From contig NC_042997.1 in assembly GCF_006345805.1 (NCBI RefSeq), forward strand, positions 108,624,001-108,688,000: a stretch of DNA of 64,000 bases. Reading direction: 5' to 3'. The position numbers and the translations under genes are program-made. Position 1 is the stretch's first letter. The number at the start of each line of letters is the position of its first letter. Below the pieces are notes generated by a model that made no database searches, had not been told where the DNA came from, and saw only the letters and a program-made list of their open reading frames with translations. Origin of the DNA: Octopus sinensis (taxonomy: Eukaryota). Positions 62,345 through 64,000 of the stretch are shown here, one piece after another.

Positions 62345-64000
62345 GTTGTTCTTGTTGTCTTCTTTCAATTTTCCATTTCTTTCCAAGTGTCTTCCCGACC
62401 TCACTGTAAACATTAGTAGGCCATTAAAATAAACGCATCAGATTTACAAAGTCATGTGATAGAAAAAGAAGGGGGGAGAAGATAGGGAAAAAGGAAAGAA
62501 GGAAAAGAAAAATGAAGAAAAGAAAGCAAATAAAATAAAGGGGAAAAAGGAAAGAAAATTCACAGCGACGATGCTCTTCTCAATACGTCTGATATACCAG
62601 TTAAGACAATCTTTTGCACTTCTTGCATGGATGGTAATCCAGGGATCATTCTTAAATAATTCTCAGTTCCTCTTTTAATCTTTCCAAGAGCTTCTACAAT
62701 CACTGGTATTGTAACCGTCTTCCGATGCCAAATCTTTTCGGTATCGATGAGCAAATCTTTATATTTTCTGAGCTTATCAAATTCTTTTGCCGAGATATTA
62801 TGGTTACAGGGTTTGCTCATGTCAATCAATAAACAGACTTTATTGTTTTGGTCTTTCCTAACAATACCTGGTTTATTTGCTCTGATGATCCGATCTGTAC
62901 ATACTGGGAAGTCCCAGAGACTAGTTACATTTTCTCACTCAGTTATAGCCTCAGGGTGGTGTTTGTACTATTTGTCAGCAGTTTTGATTCTATAACGCCG
63001 ACACATTATCCAGTGTGGATATCGGCCAACTCTGTCATGTCTTGATTTGTGCTCTACAGGAGCTAAAACCTTACCTCCAGAGATTAGGTGGTCCACTATT
63101 TCTATTTCGTCATTGTTGTGTCAATACCATTTTTCATCACATTGGCTTGATAGTTCCGGGTCAATAAGCTCTGATCTTGGGAATCCAAAATAAAGCCTTC
63201 ACTCTCTGCCTTTAGCCCTGAACTCTGTAGCCACTGATGGATGTGCTTCTGGTCTACATCAGATTGTTCGCCACGGGCCACACATTTGCCATGCAGAGAT
63301 TTTTGTTCCCACCTATCAGCCAATTGTTCAAACGCATTTTGCTTTGCTATTGATTTCACCTTCTTTGCAACTACAGTTGCTGCACTTCCATCATGCTGTT
63401 CAACCTGGGTATTATGCATAAATTCACTAGCAAATGTTTTGGTCTCCTTCATAACAGAATGAAGCTTCTTACGTCTCACACGATTTTCAACGTGTTTTAG
63501 CATTCAGTCGTTAGATGCTTCAAGATATTTTGCCAGTCCAATTGTGGTAGTTTTGTAAGATATTTCAAATTGGATCAAGCCTCGACCTCCTTGGAACTCT
63601 GGAAAGTTAAAGATCTGCGTCTGCCTTTGGGCGGTGCATCTTATTGCAAGTCAGCAGCTTACGGATTTTCCTGTCAATCTTTCTTATTTCGCTGACATTC
63701 CAGTCAAATATATTGAAACTATAAACTGGAACCGCTAAGGAATTTATGGCAAACACCTTGTTACAAGCATTTAACTCAAATTTTAGAACTGCTCGAACTC
63801 TACTGTAACATTCCTTCCTGATCTTCTCTTTCGTGCTTGCATGCTGAATGCCATAATCCTCATCATTTCCGAGGTATTTGTTTGTTCCTGCTCAAGTTCT
63901 TTATAACTGTGTCAACATCTAACACCACTTAAGTCTTCAATTTCCCTTTCTGGAAAGTGGTCTTGTCCCATTTATCAAGACCAAATTCATCACTGACTGC
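62345..64000 (-). mobile_element. Decayed R4/Dong copy of the same family as 60075-61029, including RT C-terminus, running off the right edge
   Basis: ORF fragments QWLQSSGLKAESEGFILDSQDQSLLTRNYQ and IDMSKPCNHNISAKEFDKLRKYKDLL nearly identical to copy 1; similar 3' UTR. Confidence 0.85.

Overview
AT-rich, repeat-dense eukaryotic (animal) DNA. The SINE/LINE/microsatellite landscape looks like an octopus/cephalopod genome, which is an inference and not checked by search. Three host genes can be reconstructed by hand. (1) The first coding exon of BUD23/WBSCR22 (833-877, minus) lies head-to-head, 213 bp between start codons, with (2) an intronless DNAJC30-like J-protein gene (1091-1960, plus); this is the arrangement known for human BUD23-DNAJC30. 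(3) A complete 17-exon GNL3/nucleostemin-family GTPase gene runs 40676 to 10529 on the minus strand (1857 nt CDS, 618 aa, all GT-AG, phases consistent). The rest is mostly mobile DNA: several tRNA-derived SINE families, RTE, CR1, L1/Tx1, R4/Dong and Penelope-like retroelements, piggyBac/hAT-like MITEs, a non-autonomous Helitron and many microsatellites. The most striking unexplained structure is a ~1.9 kb foldback (6514-8376). Each of its ~590 bp inverted arms contains an apparently complete type I hammerhead ribozyme with a 97-nt extended stem II. Degenerate hammerhead-like cores recur in other Penelope-type terminal repeats in the window, one next to a tRNA-like Pol III promoter. Most short ORFs in the supplied track are artefacts of repeats and microsatellites. 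Mobile-element boundaries are approximate unless stated otherwise. No CRISPR array, rRNA or bona fide tRNA gene was found.
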